From assembly GCA_015659035.1 (NCBI GenBank), contig DQNS01000034.1, forward strand, positions 1,372-65,371: DNA of 64,000 nt, given 5' to 3'. Below are positions 34,881 through 44,596 of this stretch, piece after piece; position 1 is the stretch's first letter, and the number at the start of each line of letters is the position of its first letter. Origin of the DNA: Acidobacteriota bacterium (GTDB taxonomy: Bacteria; Acidobacteriota; Vicinamibacteria; Vicinamibacterales; UBA8438). The translations under genes were made by a program, and so were the position numbers. A model generated the notes under the pieces. It worked only from the letters and a program-made list of their open reading frames with translations, was not told the origin of the DNA and made no database searches.

Positions 34881-34936
34881 CCAGGCGGGATGCAGCGCCG
34901 GTCGAATGCAGCGGGACGTTCACCACGGGCTGCTAG
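34881..34936 (-). repeat. family-A left-arm fragment (reverse orientation)
   Basis: Reverse complement is CTAGCAGCCCGTGGTGAACGTCCCGCTGCATTCGACCGGCGCTGCATCCCGCCTGG. Confidence 0.75.
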
Positions 34937-34945
34937 ACTGACGGG

Positions 34946-35341
34946 ATGAGGGAACGACCGGCTCATCTGGGGTTGCGGCACCTGGCGCTCGTCGCGCAGG
35001 CGTTCGACGAGATGAAACGCTTCTACATCGACCGGCTGGGCTTTGCGGTCGAGTGGGAACCGGACTCGGACAACGTGTACCTCACCTCGGGCGCCGACAA
35101 CCTGGCGCTGCACCGGTCCGGTCCCGATCGTGCGATCGCGGAGGGTCGGCTCGACCACCTCGGCCTGCTCGTCCGGCAGGCGGACGACGTCGATCGGTGG
35201 GCCGCCTATCTCGACGCGCACGGCGTTTCCCTCAAGGCGCGACCACGCACCCATCGGGACGGGGCCCGGTCCCTCTACCTACTCGATCCGGACGGCAACA
35301 CCATCCAGATCATCTATCACCCGCCGATCAGCGGGCGATGA
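34946..35341 (+). CDS. VOC/glyoxalase family protein
   Basis: GLRHLAL...FY...LGF, LDHLGL.V, THRDGARSLY..DPDGN. Confidence 0.88.
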   Translation: MRERPAHLGLRHLALVAQAFDEMKRFYIDRLGFAVEWEPDSDNVYLTSGADNLALHRSGPDRAIAEGRLDHLGLLVRQADDVDRWAAYLDAHGVSLKARPRTHRDGARSLYLLDPDGNTIQIIYHPPISGR

Positions 35342-35348
35342 GACGCAG

Positions 35349-35426
35349 CCGGCGAAGCCCTCAGGTGTTTTCTGCCTTCCGCCGTCGCCAAGGCTACGGC
35401 GAGACAGGCCTGTCTCCTGTCTCCTC
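35349..35426 (-). repeat. family-C-related REP and heptamer repeat overlapping the glgP 3' end
   Basis: Reverse complement GGAGACAGGAGACAGGCCTGTCTCGCCGTAGCCTTGGCGACGGCGG...GAGGGCTTCGCCGGC. Confidence 0.65.
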
Positions 35427-37574
35427 CGTGTACTTGTACCCGCTCGCCCGGATGGCCGGCGCGTACATCTGCTCGACGTATTCCTTCACCATCCGTCGGG
35501 TCGTAAAACGCGGCGCCACCGTGCGGATCGCCTGCCGCACAATCGGGAGCCACCGCCGGGGCAGATCGTCGCGGTCGCGGTCGTAAAAGGCCGGGACCAC
35601 GTCCCGCTCGAGAAGCGTGTAGAGCGCGTCGGCGTCGGCGGCGTCCGTGGCGGCGCGGTCCGGGTGCTCGCCGCCGTCGATCAGCCACCCGTTATCGCCC
35701 GAGTACCCTTCCGCCCACCAGCCGTCGCCGATGCTCAGATGCGGCACCCCGTTGAGGGCCGCCTTCATGCCGCTCGTCCCGCTGGCCTCGAGCGGCTTCC
35801 GCGGATTGTTGAGCCAGACGTCGCAGCCCTGGACCAGGAAGTGCGCGACGTGCAGGTCGTAGTCGTCGACGAAGGCCACCCGTCCGGCGAAGGCGGCGTC
35901 GAGTGCTCGCTGGTAGACATGCTGGAGATGATGCTTGCCCCCGTCGTCGGCCGGGTGCGCCTTGCCGGCGAAGACCAGCTGGACCGGTCGCTTGGGTGCG
36001 TTCAGAATGCGTCCCAGCCGCGCAGGGTCGGTGAAGATGAGTTCGGGGCGCTTGTACTCGGTGAACCGCCGCGCGAACCCGATGGTCAACGCGTTGGGGT
36101 CGAGCAGGGTCCCGGCGGCCAGGACCCGGCCGGCGCCGACTCGCTCGTCCGCCCACCGCTGACGTGCGCGTTCGCGAATGAAGTCGAGCAGATAGCGCCG
36201 GAGCTCTTGTCGAACCCCCCAGAGCTCCGCGTCCGGTATGTCGAGCACGCGGTCCCAGAGGGCGTCGTCCCGTTGGTCTCGCCAGTCCCCGCCCAGATAC
36301 CGGTCGAATACCAGCCCCAGCCGGTGCGCCACCCATGTTCCGACGTGGATGCCGTTGGTCACGGCGTGCACCGGGCGCTGGTCAGGTGCCGCCTCCGGCC
36401 AGATCGGGGCCCACATGTCACGCGTCACGCCGGCGTGGAGCCGGCTGACGGCGTTGACCCGTCCGGCCGTACGCAACGCCAGCGCGGTCATATTGAAGCG
36501 TGGGCCGCTGCCGTTGTCGTAATGCCCCAGTGACAGGAACGCCTCCCGATGGCTCCCGAGCGTGCCCCAGCACCCGGCCAGGTGGCTGTCTACGAGCTGA
36601 AACGGGAAAGTGTCGTGCCCGGCCGGAACCGGCGTGTGGGTGGTGAATACCGTCGTCCGCCGCACCTCGGCCAGCGCCGCCTCGAAGCTCCGTCCCTGCT
36701 CGATCATCTCACGCATCCGCTGGAGCACCACGAACGCGGCGTGGCCCTCGTTGAGATGCCAAACGACCGGGTTGGCGCCCATGGCTCGGAGTGCCCGTAC
36801 GCCGCCGATGCCGAGGATGATCTCCTGCTGGACGCGGGTCTCGGTGTCGCCGCCGTACAGTCGGGCGGTCAGCTCGCGGTCCCAGGGCGCGTTCTCCTCG
36901 AGACCAGTGTCGAGCAGATACAGTTTGGTGCGCCCGAGACGCACACGCCAGACCGCAACCTTCACTGTGCGGCTGCCCAGTGGCACCGTGACGACACACG
37001 GCCGCCCACCCGGCGTCACCGCAGGGGTGACCGGTGCGTCGGCCCAGTTCAGCCGCTCGTAGCTTTCCTGCTGCCAGCCGTCCGCCGACACCTGCTGGTG
37101 GAAGTAGCCCTGCGGATACATGAACCCGACACCGAGGAGCGGGAGCCCGAGGTCGCTGGCCTCTTTGCAGATGTCGCCCGCCAGGACACCCAGCCCACCG
37201 GCGTAGATCGGTAGAGACTGATGGATCGCGAACTCGGCCGAGAAGTAGGCGATTGACCGCCCGGGCATCGCGGGCACCCGCTCGCTCCACCAGCTCTTGG
37301 TCGAGGTGCGTGTCGGGTCCAGGTCCCTCAGTGCCCGATCGTAGAGGTCCAGGAAGGCCGGATCGCGCGCGACCGCCTCGAGTTCCGCCGGCGGTAGCAG
37401 ACGAAGCATCCGCACCGGGTTGTGGGCCGTGGCACGCCAGAGGGTGTAGTCGAGCCGTCGGAAGACGTTCCGGGCGTGCGGATTCCAACTCCACCACAGA
37501 TCGAGGGCGAGCTCGTCGAGTCGATCGATACGCCGGGGGAGCGCGTCGAGCCCGGAGAGGCCGATGGTCGTCAT
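35394..37574 (-). CDS. glgP: alpha-glucan (glycogen/starch) phosphorylase
   Basis: YFSAEF....LPIYAGGLGVLAGD, HLNEGH, FTTHTPVPAGHD, FARRFTEYKR, EASGTSGMKA (PLP lysine). Confidence 0.95.
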   Translation of the reverse strand: MTTIGLSGLDALPRRIDRLDELALDLWWSWNPHARNVFRRLDYTLWRATAHNPVRMLRLLPPAELEAVARDPAFLDLYDRALRDLDPTRTSTKSWWSERVPAMPGRSIAYFSAEFAIHQSLPIYAGGLGVLAGDICKEASDLGLPLLGVGFMYPQGYFHQQVSADGWQQESYERLNWADAPVTPAVTPGGRPCVVTVPLGSRTVKVAVWRVRLGRTKLYLLDTGLEENAPWDRELTARLYGGDTETRVQQEIILGIGGVRALRAMGANPVVWHLNEGHAAFVVLQRMREMIEQGRSFEAALAEVRRTTVFTTHTPVPAGHDTFPFQLVDSHLAGCWGTLGSHREAFLSLGHYDNGSGPRFNMTALALRTAGRVNAVSRLHAGVTRDMWAPIWPEAAPDQRPVHAVTNGIHVGTWVAHRLGLVFDRYLGGDWRDQRDDALWDRVLDIPDAELWGVRQELRRYLLDFIRERARQRWADERVGAGRVLAAGTLLDPNALTIGFARRFTEYKRPELIFTDPARLGRILNAPKRPVQLVFAGKAHPADDGGKHHLQHVYQRALDAAFAGRVAFVDDYDLHVAHFLVQGCDVWLNNPRKPLEASGTSGMKAALNGVPHLSIGDGWWAEGYSGDNGWLIDGGEHPDRAATDAADADALYTLLERDVVPAFYDRDRDDLPRRWLPIVRQAIRTVAPRFTTRRMVKEYVEQMYAPAIRASGYKYTEETGDRPVSP

Positions 37575-37609
37575 GGGTAAGAAAAGCTCCTCCTCGTGCA
37601 GTGTCCGGG

Positions 37610-38605
37610 TCAGTCGTCGATGTGAGGTGCGGTCTCGGTGATGATGCGGGCGAAGGTGGCCCGGTCGATGTTGCCGCCGGAGACGACCGCGACGATTGTG
37701 CCGGACCCGGCTCGTCCGCTCAGGGCGGCCGCGACGGCGCAGGCGCCCGCCCCTTCCGCTATGACCCGCGCCCCCGTGGCGACCCTCCGCATTGCCTGCT
37801 TGATCTCGTCGAGCGACACGACGATCGAGGCGTCGACCGCGTCACGCAGCAGTGGCCACATCGTCTGGATGACCGACTTGCCGCCGCACCCGTCCACGAA
37901 GGACGCCTGCCAGCCCGGAAAGCAGCTGGCCCGCCCGTTGGCGAGCGACGTGGCGAGGGGCGCCGCGGTCTCCGGTTCGGCGGCATAGATCCGGATGCCG
38001 GGTCGTAACGCCCGCGCTGCCGCGGCGATACCTGAAAGCAGGCCGCCGCCGCCAACCGACGCGACGATCGCGTCTACATCCGGGAGCTGCTCGATTATTT
38101 CGAGACCGATGGTCCCGTTGCCGCTGATGAAGAGATCGTCATCGAACGGATGGACGAAGTGGCCGGGGAGCCGGTCGCACTGGTGTTGCTCCACCGTCCT
38201 CCAGCACTCGTCGTAGCTCGCCGTGACGATCCGCGCGCCCAGCCGCTCGATCGCGCTGAGCTTCGTATCCGGTGCCGTGTCGATCACCATGACGGTGCAG
38301 GGCGCGCTTGCGTCGCGTGCCGCCAGCGCCACGCCCTGTGCGGCGTTGCCGGCGCTGACCGTCCAGACCCCTGCGGAGAGCTGTTCCGGGCTCAGCGCAC
38401 GAACGGCGTTGGCGGCGCCGCGGATCTTGAAAGAGCCGATCGTCTGAAGCGTCTCGAGTTTCAGGTGGATGCGGGTCGCCGGGTCGGCGTCGCCGCGTCC
38501 GTTCGGGGTCAGCGGGTCCAACTTCACCAGCGGTGTCCGTCTGGCCACCGTGTAGACGGCCGCTCCGGCGTTCCGGATCGTCTCGAGCGTGATCGCGCGC
38601 GTCAT
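37610..38605 (-). CDS. PLP-dependent threonine/serine dehydratase family protein
   Basis: RTPL, LKLETLQ.IGSFKIRGA, SAGNAAQGVA, HPFDD...GNGTIGLE, VGGGGL, SGGN. Confidence 0.88.
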   Translation of the reverse strand: MTRAITLETIRNAGAAVYTVARRTPLVKLDPLTPNGRGDADPATRIHLKLETLQTIGSFKIRGAANAVRALSPEQLSAGVWTVSAGNAAQGVALAARDASAPCTVMVIDTAPDTKLSAIERLGARIVTASYDECWRTVEQHQCDRLPGHFVHPFDDDLFISGNGTIGLEIIEQLPDVDAIVASVGGGGLLSGIAAAARALRPGIRIYAAEPETAAPLATSLANGRASCFPGWQASFVDGCGGKSVIQTMWPLLRDAVDASIVVSLDEIKQAMRRVATGARVIAEGAGACAVAAALSGRAGSGTIVAVVSGGNIDRATFARIITETAPHIDD

Positions 38606-39502
38606 CTAGCGTTCTGTCCACCGGAGCTTTTCCCGCAGCACCGCGAAGTAGGGGCGCGACGCGGCGCGAATCATGCGCAGCGGTCGACTGGCGCTGTCCA
38701 CGATCACGGCGTCGCCGCGCTCGAGTTTGATCCCGCTCTGGCCGTCGAAGCTGGCGAACGCTTCGGCGTGGCGGTCGCCGAGCTCCGGTTGTATGCGGAT
38801 TGCCGACGTCTCGGGCAGGACGACCGGACGGTTCGTCAGCGTGTGCGGCGCGATCGGCGTCAGGACGATCGCGTTAACCTGCGGGTGGACGATCGGGCCA
38901 CCGGCGGACAGATTGTAGGCGGTCGATCCGGTTGGTGTCGCGATGATCAGCCCGTCGGCCCGGAATCGGGCGACGAACTGGTCCCCGACCGACACCGACA
39001 AATCGAGGATGCCGGACAACGCGCTCTTCGTGATGACCACGTCGTTCAGCGCGATCCGTTCCGCCAGCAGGGTGTCACCCCGGGTGGTCCGCGAGCGCAG
39101 CATTCTCCGCTCGTCGATGCGCGCGCTGCCGTCCACGACCGACGCGAGCGCCTCGAACAGCTCCGGGAGGGTGATCTCGGTGAGGAATCCGAGGCTCCCG
39201 AAGTTGACGGCGAGAATCGGCGGGTCTGTCCTGGCGACCGCAATCTGCCGGGCCATCCCCAGCAGGGTCCCGTCGCCGCCGAGGACCAGGATCAGGTCGG
39301 CCGCGTCCGGGAGCGCGGCGGGGGCGGTGGTCTGGACCGACGTCAGCCCGGCCAGCTCCGCCGTGTCCTCGGCGACCACCGGGCGGAGGTTCCGCTCATC
39401 CAGCCAGGCCACCACGTCGCGCACGACCGGCGCTGCTTCCCGCAGGTGCGTCTTCGCGACGATACCGACCGTAGCGATCGGGCCGAGCGTGGATCTGGGC
39501 AT
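38606..39502 (-). CDS. nadK: NAD(+) kinase
   Basis: LGGDGTLL, NFGSLGFL, LNDVV, DGLIIATPTGSTAYNLSAGGPI. Confidence 0.95.
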   Translation of the reverse strand: MPRSTLGPIATVGIVAKTHLREAAPVVRDVVAWLDERNLRPVVAEDTAELAGLTSVQTTAPAALPDAADLILVLGGDGTLLGMARQIAVARTDPPILAVNFGSLGFLTEITLPELFEALASVVDGSARIDERRMLRSRTTRGDTLLAERIALNDVVITKSALSGILDLSVSVGDQFVARFRADGLIIATPTGSTAYNLSAGGPIVHPQVNAIVLTPIAPHTLTNRPVVLPETSAIRIQPELGDRHAEAFASFDGQSGIKLERGDAVIVDSASRPLRMIRAASRPYFAVLREKLRWTER

Positions 39503-39526
39503 GGGCGCGTCGGCACACATCACGTG

Positions 39527-39717
39527 CTGGCAGCCCGTGGTGAGAGTCGCTGCTGCATTCGAGCGGCGCTGCATCCCGGGAAGGCCAGCGCTGGGTTTCT
39601 GACCCAGCGGGGTCACAGACTGCCGGTATTCTCCCTCGTCACGCCTTGTACCGACCGAGCGCGGCATCGATCATGACAGCTCTCGATGCGACGCACGACT
39701 TTCGCCACGGGCTGCAG
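39527..39717 (+). repeat. family-A dispersed repeat, copy 6 (contains the tlyA stop codon)
   Basis: Arms GCAGCCCGTGGTGAGAGTCG/CGACTTTCGCCACGGGCTGC; core ACTGCCGGTATTCTCCCTCGTCACGCCTTG. Confidence 0.82.
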
Positions 39718-40459
39718 CGGCGTGTCGCAGGTGGAGAAAGAATTCCCGGTTCCCTTCGACGCCGGTGATCGGCGAGGGCGTCATCGCGACGCGTGCCAAT
39801 CCTACCTCAGCGGCCGCCGCCGCCACATCTGCGACGACGCGGGTGTGGACCGCCGGGTCCTTCACCAGTCCACCGCGTCCGACCTCGGCGCGTCCGGCCT
39901 CGAATTGCGGCTTCACGAGAGCGATGAGGTCCCCGTCGGGGTGGAGCAGCGTCGGGAGCCGCGCGATGAAATACCGGATCGAGATGAACGACACATCCAC
40001 CGTGATGATGTCGAACAGACGTAGACCCGGTGGCAACGTGTCGGGGGTCACGGTGGCGATGTGCACGCGTTCGCGCACTACCACCCGTGGGTTGCGGCGT
40101 AGGCTCCAGTCGAGCTGGCCGTGTCCGACATCGAGCGCCACGACCATCCGCGCGCCGTGTCGCAGCAGGACATCGGTGAACCCGCCGGTTGACGCGCCGA
40201 TGTCGAGCGCGATCGCGCCGGTCGGGTCGATGCCGAGCTCGTCGAGCGCGTAGGCCAACTTGACGCCGCCGCGGCCCACATACGGGTGGTCCGGGCGGTC
40301 CAGAGTGACGTTGGCGTCGGTGGGAACACGCGTTCCGGCCTTCGTCGCGGTCTGGCCATCTACACGCACCAGCCCGGCCAGGATCAACGCCTGTCCGCGT
40401 GAGCGCGAGTCAACGAGACCACGATCGTGGAGCAGCGTGTCGAGTCGGACCCGGGACAT
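39671..40459 (-). CDS. tlyA: TlyA family rRNA 2'-O-methyltransferase
   Basis: RLD.LL..RGL..SR (S4 domain), YVGRGG.KL, DIGASTGGFTD, DVSFIS, LVKPQFE, SPI.G..GN.EF. Confidence 0.93.
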   Translation of the reverse strand: MSRVRLDTLLHDRGLVDSRSRGQALILAGLVRVDGQTATKAGTRVPTDANVTLDRPDHPYVGRGGVKLAYALDELGIDPTGAIALDIGASTGGFTDVLLRHGARMVVALDVGHGQLDWSLRRNPRVVVRERVHIATVTPDTLPPGLRLFDIITVDVSFISIRYFIARLPTLLHPDGDLIALVKPQFEAGRAEVGRGGLVKDPAVHTRVVADVAAAAAEVGLARVAMTPSPITGVEGNREFFLHLRHAAAARGESRASHRELS

Positions 40460-40474
40460 GGGAGTGTCCTTACG

Positions 40475-40589
40475 GAATCAGCAATCAGTCCTTCGACAAC
40501 AACACCCCTGTGCTCTGCTCAGGATGAGCGGACAGGAGATAACCGGCCTGTCCGCCGAAGCCTGGGCGAAAGCGGAAGGGCTTCGCCGG
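40475..40589 (+). repeat. family-C composite repeat, copy 2
   Basis: 49-nt core at 40485-40533 plus GCCTGTCCGCCGAAGCCTGGGCGAAAGCGG. Confidence 0.88.
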
Positions 40590-40650
40590 TTGCCGCTTGA
40601 TCCTGGAGACCGGGGACGGTTGGGGTTGTAAACTCGGCGCTGTCATTGTG

Positions 40651-41619
40651 TCAGCGACTACGCGACACGACCCAGTCGGCGATCTCGGCCAGTCGACCGG
40701 CGAGACCCGCGGTCGCCAGCGCCTCCCGCGCCGCGGCGGCCGCTTCGGCCGCCAGTACCCGCGACCGGTCGAGGCCGTGGACGGAAGGATAGGTCCGCTT
40801 GCGGGCGTCGGCGTCCTTGCCTGCACTCTTGCCCAAGTCCGCGGCGTCTCCCTCGACGTCGAGGATGTCGTCGACGATCTGGAACGCGAGACCGAGGTGC
40901 GTCGCATACCGGTCAACGGCCGCGACGGCGGTCTCGTCGCCGCCGGCCAGGATCGTCCCGGTGACCGCCGCCGCGGCGATCAGCGCGCCGGTCTTGCGCT
41001 CGTGCATCTCACGAAGCGCGGCCTCATCAGACCCGTCACGTCGGTCCGGGTCCTCGCCCCTAGGTAGGGTGCCGGTCGCTGCCAGGTCGAGCACCTGTCC
41101 TCCGACCATGCCGGCGGCGCCGGCCGCTTCTGCGACACGAGCGATCGCGCGAAGACGGCGCTGGTCGAATCCGGGCGGTGTGTCCGATCGACGCCGGGCC
41201 AGGACGACGAACGCGTGGGTCAGCAACGCGTCCCCGGCCAGGATCGCCACGCCCTCGCCATAGACGACGTGCGCGGTCGCCCGCCCTCGTCGCACGCCGT
41301 CATCATCCATGGCCGGCAGGTCGTCGTGCACGAGGGAGTAGGTGTGGATTAGCTCCACCGCACAAGCGGCCGGTAGCGCAAGCGCCATGCCGGCGTCGCG
41401 GGAACGCCCGTCGGTGTGTCTGCTATCCACCACCGCCTCGGCCGCGGCCAGGGTCAGGATCGGGCGCAGACGCTTCCCACCTGCGAACAGGCTGTATCGC
41501 ATCGCCTCGGCGATGAGTGGGGGGCAGTCAGGTGGAATAGGGAGCGCCGCCTCGAGCGCAGCGTCGATCTCGGCGCGCCGGGTCTGGAGATAGCGATCGA
41601 AACCGAGGGAACTGGTCAC
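40651..41619 (-). CDS. ispA: polyprenyl (farnesyl) diphosphate synthase
   Basis: GGKRLRP, SLVHDDLPAMDDD..RRG, GMVGGQ..D, KTGAL, FQIVDDILD, GK..GKD. Confidence 0.93.
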   Translation of the reverse strand: MTSSLGFDRYLQTRRAEIDAALEAALPIPPDCPPLIAEAMRYSLFAGGKRLRPILTLAAAEAVVDSRHTDGRSRDAGMALALPAACAVELIHTYSLVHDDLPAMDDDGVRRGRATAHVVYGEGVAILAGDALLTHAFVVLARRRSDTPPGFDQRRLRAIARVAEAAGAAGMVGGQVLDLAATGTLPRGEDPDRRDGSDEAALREMHERKTGALIAAAAVTGTILAGGDETAVAAVDRYATHLGLAFQIVDDILDVEGDAADLGKSAGKDADARKRTYPSVHGLDRSRVLAAEAAAAAREALATAGLAGRLAEIADWVVSRSR

Positions 41620-41867
41620 GCCTCGCTGCCGTCCTCCAGCGAGGGGGTCAGCGTGTCGGGCGCTGCTTCCCGTTCATCGTTCTGGCTGAGGATCTCGATC
41701 CGTCGCTCCGCGTCCTCGAGCCGGGTGTGGCAGAACCGCGAGAGCTGGACACCGCGCTCGAACAGCTGGAGCGACTGCTCGAGCGCAAGGTCGCCCGCCT
41801 CGAGGGTCTTCACGATGGTCTCCAGCTCACCGATGGCCGACTCGAAATCCTTGATGTGGTTCTCCAT
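41616..41867 (-). CDS. xseB: exodeoxyribonuclease VII small subunit
   Basis: FE.A..ELE.IV..LE.G.L.LE.SL..FERG..L...C...L..AE. Confidence 0.95.
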   Translation of the reverse strand: MENHIKDFESAIGELETIVKTLEAGDLALEQSLQLFERGVQLSRFCHTRLEDAERRIEILSQNDEREAAPDTLTPSLEDGSEA

Positions 41868-41870
41868 GGT

Positions 41871-42039
41871 CTAGTGTCCTGCATAAGGTGAATCTGTACC
41901 GCTCGCCGGGCGGGGCATCCCGCCGGCTTTCGTTCGCCTCGGTCACATACTGCCGGTATTCTCCCTCGTCGCGCCTTGTCATGGCCGAGCGCCGCATCGA
42001 TCACGACGGGTCTCGGTGCGATGCGGGACGCTGCGCTAG
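41871..42039 (+). repeat. family-A dispersed repeat, copy 7, between xseA and xseB
   Basis: CTAG at both ends (41871 and 42036, the latter the xseA stop); core ATACTGCCGGTATTCTCCCTCGTCGCGCCTTG. Confidence 0.82.
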
Positions 42040-43415
42040 TCCTTGCCGGTCACCGTGCACGTGAGCTGCCCCTGACGGAGGGTGATCGCGACATCGTCTC
42101 CCACCGATACCGCGGACGCGTCCCGAACGATCGCGGTGCGGTTCGCGTTCCAGCAGACGGCGTAGCCGCGCGCGAGGACCCCCAGCGGGCTCAGCGCCTC
42201 GAGACGGCCGGTCAGGTCACCCAGACGGCCTTCCAGCCGTTGGCGCCGATGGACGATCGCGGCGCCCAGTCGTTCGCCGGCGACCACCAGACGGGTCCGG
42301 CTGGCCTCGAGTCTGCGCCCCGGCTCGTGGGCTTCCAGCTTGAGCTGCGCGCTGCGCAGGCGGCGCTCTCGCGTGACAAGCGTCGACCTGGTGGCCTGGG
42401 TCAAGGTGTGTGTCAACTCGGCGGCGTGCCGGCCGCGTATCGCGAGCCGGGCCGGCCAGCCGGCCACACCCGGGCGGCGATCGAGCTCGAGGACGCTGGT
42501 GAGGAGACGCCGGACCGTGTCCCGCAGGGTTGCGCGCAGCCGGTCACTGAGCTGGTCTACCCGGCCGAGAAGCTCGTCCCGGCCCGCGACCACGATCTCG
42601 GCCGCGGCCGAGGGGGTCGCGGCGCGGATGTCGGCCACCAGGTCGCTGATCGTCACGTCGATCTCGTGACCAACCGCGGAGATCACCGGGACCGTGGCCG
42701 TCGCGATCGCCCGGGCGACCGGTTCCTCGTTGAAGGCCCACAGGTCCTCGAGTGACCCGCCGCCCCGCCCGACGATGATGACATCGACCCCTTCTTGTCG
42801 CGAGAGCTGGTCGATGCCGCGCGCGATCTGTCCGGCAGCGCCCTCTCCCTGCACGCGCACTGGACGGATGACGACGTGGGCTGTGGGATGCCGCCGGGCC
42901 AGCACCTTGAGAATGTCCTGTAGCGCTGCGCCGTGCAGCGAGGTGACAACCCCGATCTGGCGGGGGAGCAGCGGCAGTGGGCGTTTCCGGGTCGCTTCGA
43001 ACAGGCCGTCGGCTTCGAGTGTGCGTTTCAGCTGGTCGAACGCTACCTGCAGCGCGCCCACCCCTTGTGGCTGCAGCTGCTCGCACACGATCTGATACTC
43101 GCCCTTCGGCTCGTAGACGGTCACACGGCCCCGGGCGATGACCCGTAGTCCGTCTTCCGGGGTGAACCGTAGATACCGGACCGCCGAGCGGAACATCACT
43201 GCCTTGAGCTGGGCGTGCTCGTCCCGCAGCGTGAAGTAGAGGTGCCCGGTCTTCCAGAGCCGGCTGTTCGCGATCTCGCCTTCGACCAAGACTTCCCCCT
43301 GGGTCGATTCCAGCACCCCGCGAATGCGGGTGGTTAGCTCGCTGACGGTCACGACCTCGCGGGTGGGTGCGTGGCCTGCGGGGGTGCCGAACGGCAAGGA
43401 CGGAGGGCCGCTCAC
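42036..43415 (-). CDS. xseA: exodeoxyribonuclease VII large subunit
   Basis: GHLYFTL.D, VTS..GAA..DI, VQGEGA, GRGGGSLEDLWAFNEE, SAVGHE.D..I.D, TPSAAAE, LSP..VL.RGYA. Confidence 0.96.
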   Translation of the reverse strand: MSGPPSLPFGTPAGHAPTREVVTVSELTTRIRGVLESTQGEVLVEGEIANSRLWKTGHLYFTLRDEHAQLKAVMFRSAVRYLRFTPEDGLRVIARGRVTVYEPKGEYQIVCEQLQPQGVGALQVAFDQLKRTLEADGLFEATRKRPLPLLPRQIGVVTSLHGAALQDILKVLARRHPTAHVVIRPVRVQGEGAAGQIARGIDQLSRQEGVDVIIVGRGGGSLEDLWAFNEEPVARAIATATVPVISAVGHEIDVTISDLVADIRAATPSAAAEIVVAGRDELLGRVDQLSDRLRATLRDTVRRLLTSVLELDRRPGVAGWPARLAIRGRHAAELTHTLTQATRSTLVTRERRLRSAQLKLEAHEPGRRLEASRTRLVVAGERLGAAIVHRRQRLEGRLGDLTGRLEALSPLGVLARGYAVCWNANRTAIVRDASAVSVGDDVAITLRQGQLTCTVTGKD

Positions 43416-44233
43416 GGGGTGGTCACCGTCGGGGGTGCGGATGCCTCGATGTCGGCCGCGGTCAGGCTCAGACGCTCGATCGCTGTTGCCCGACCGGTGG
43501 CGGTGTCGGCCGTCACAATGACAGCGTGCAGGCGCGGGTCGCCGCGGGCGGTGTCGAACCTGCCGGGCATCCCGGTGAGGAACCGGTTCAGGACCACGCG
43601 TTTATCGACGCCGATGACCGAATCGTGCGGCCCGGTCATGCCCACATCAGTCATGTATGCGGTGCCACCCGGCAGGATTCGCGCGTCGGCTGACTGCACG
43701 TGCGTATGGGTACCGACGACCGCGGTGACCTGGCCGTCGAGGTGCCAGCCCATCGCGATCTTCTCCGAGGTCGCCTCCGCATGGAAGTCGACGAGGATGA
43801 TGCGTGCTTCGTCCCGCACCGCAGCGATCTCCTCCTGGACCACCCTGAACGGGTTGTCGAGCGGTGCCATGAAGACCCGGCCCATCACGTTGATGACCGC
43901 GACCGGGTCGCCCGACCGGGTGTTGACAACGACATGGCCCGAACCGGGCACGCCGGCGGGGAAGTTCGCCGGTCTGATCAGACGCGGCTCGAGCTGGATG
44001 TAATCGAGCGCTTCCCGCTTGTCCCAGATGTGGTTGCCGGAGGTCATCACGTCGACACCGTGGTCGCGAATGGTGTCACCGATCTCGCGGGTGATGCCGT
44101 TGCCACCGGCAGCGTTCTCTACGTTGGCCACCACCAGGTCGAGCCCGTGTCGGTCGACCAGAGACGCGACCCCCATGCGCGTCAGACCGCGCCCCGGTTT
44201 GCCGACGATGTCACCGATGAACAGAATCTTCAC
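43412..44233 (-). CDS. YmdB-family metallophosphoesterase (TIGR00282)
   Basis: GDIVGKPG, NVENAAGG, TSGNHIWD, DFHAEATSEK, GTHTHVQ, TDVGMTGP. Confidence 0.93.
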   Translation of the reverse strand: MKILFIGDIVGKPGRGLTRMGVASLVDRHGLDLVVANVENAAGGNGITREIGDTIRDHGVDVMTSGNHIWDKREALDYIQLEPRLIRPANFPAGVPGSGHVVVNTRSGDPVAVINVMGRVFMAPLDNPFRVVQEEIAAVRDEARIILVDFHAEATSEKIAMGWHLDGQVTAVVGTHTHVQSADARILPGGTAYMTDVGMTGPHDSVIGVDKRVVLNRFLTGMPGRFDTARGDPRLHAVIVTADTATGRATAIERLSLTAADIEASAPPTVTTP

Positions 44234-44567
44234 GTGGGTTCCTCAGGGCCGCGGGTGATGGGACCCGTGTCCCGGACCCTCTCATAATCGCACAAGGGGA
44301 AGCCATGGACACAGGTTGTCGTCTGACGTGGAGGTCGCTGCGCTGCAACCGTTGTGGCACGGCCCTACCGGCCAGGTCCGGGATCAGCTCCGCCGCGGCG
44401 TGACCGTCCGAGTCACTCCTTCGAAGGGGTGTCATCGAGCCTGATGCGAAAGCGCCGTTTCGAGTCCGAGAGCCGACGATCGCGCGCCCAAAAACAGCTT
44501 GATTGCCTAAGTACCCACTATCAGGTAATCGGATATGATATGAGTGTATAATACTAAGATTTACTTA

Positions 44568-44596
44568 TTGACAAGCACTCATTTATTGCGTATGAT
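44568..44596 (+). promoter_or_regulatory. sigma70-type promoter upstream of hsp20, overlapping a CIRCE-like half-site
   Basis: TTGACA-agcactcatttattgcg (17 nt)-TATGAT in an AT-rich island; AGCACTC resembles the left arm of CIRCE. Confidence 0.65.

Noticed and set aside
22488-39667. Long N-terminal extensions of RimP, AmgK-like, archease and NAD kinase ORFs in the track
   Set aside because: The extensions translate repeat DNA; family similarity begins at the downstream starts used here.
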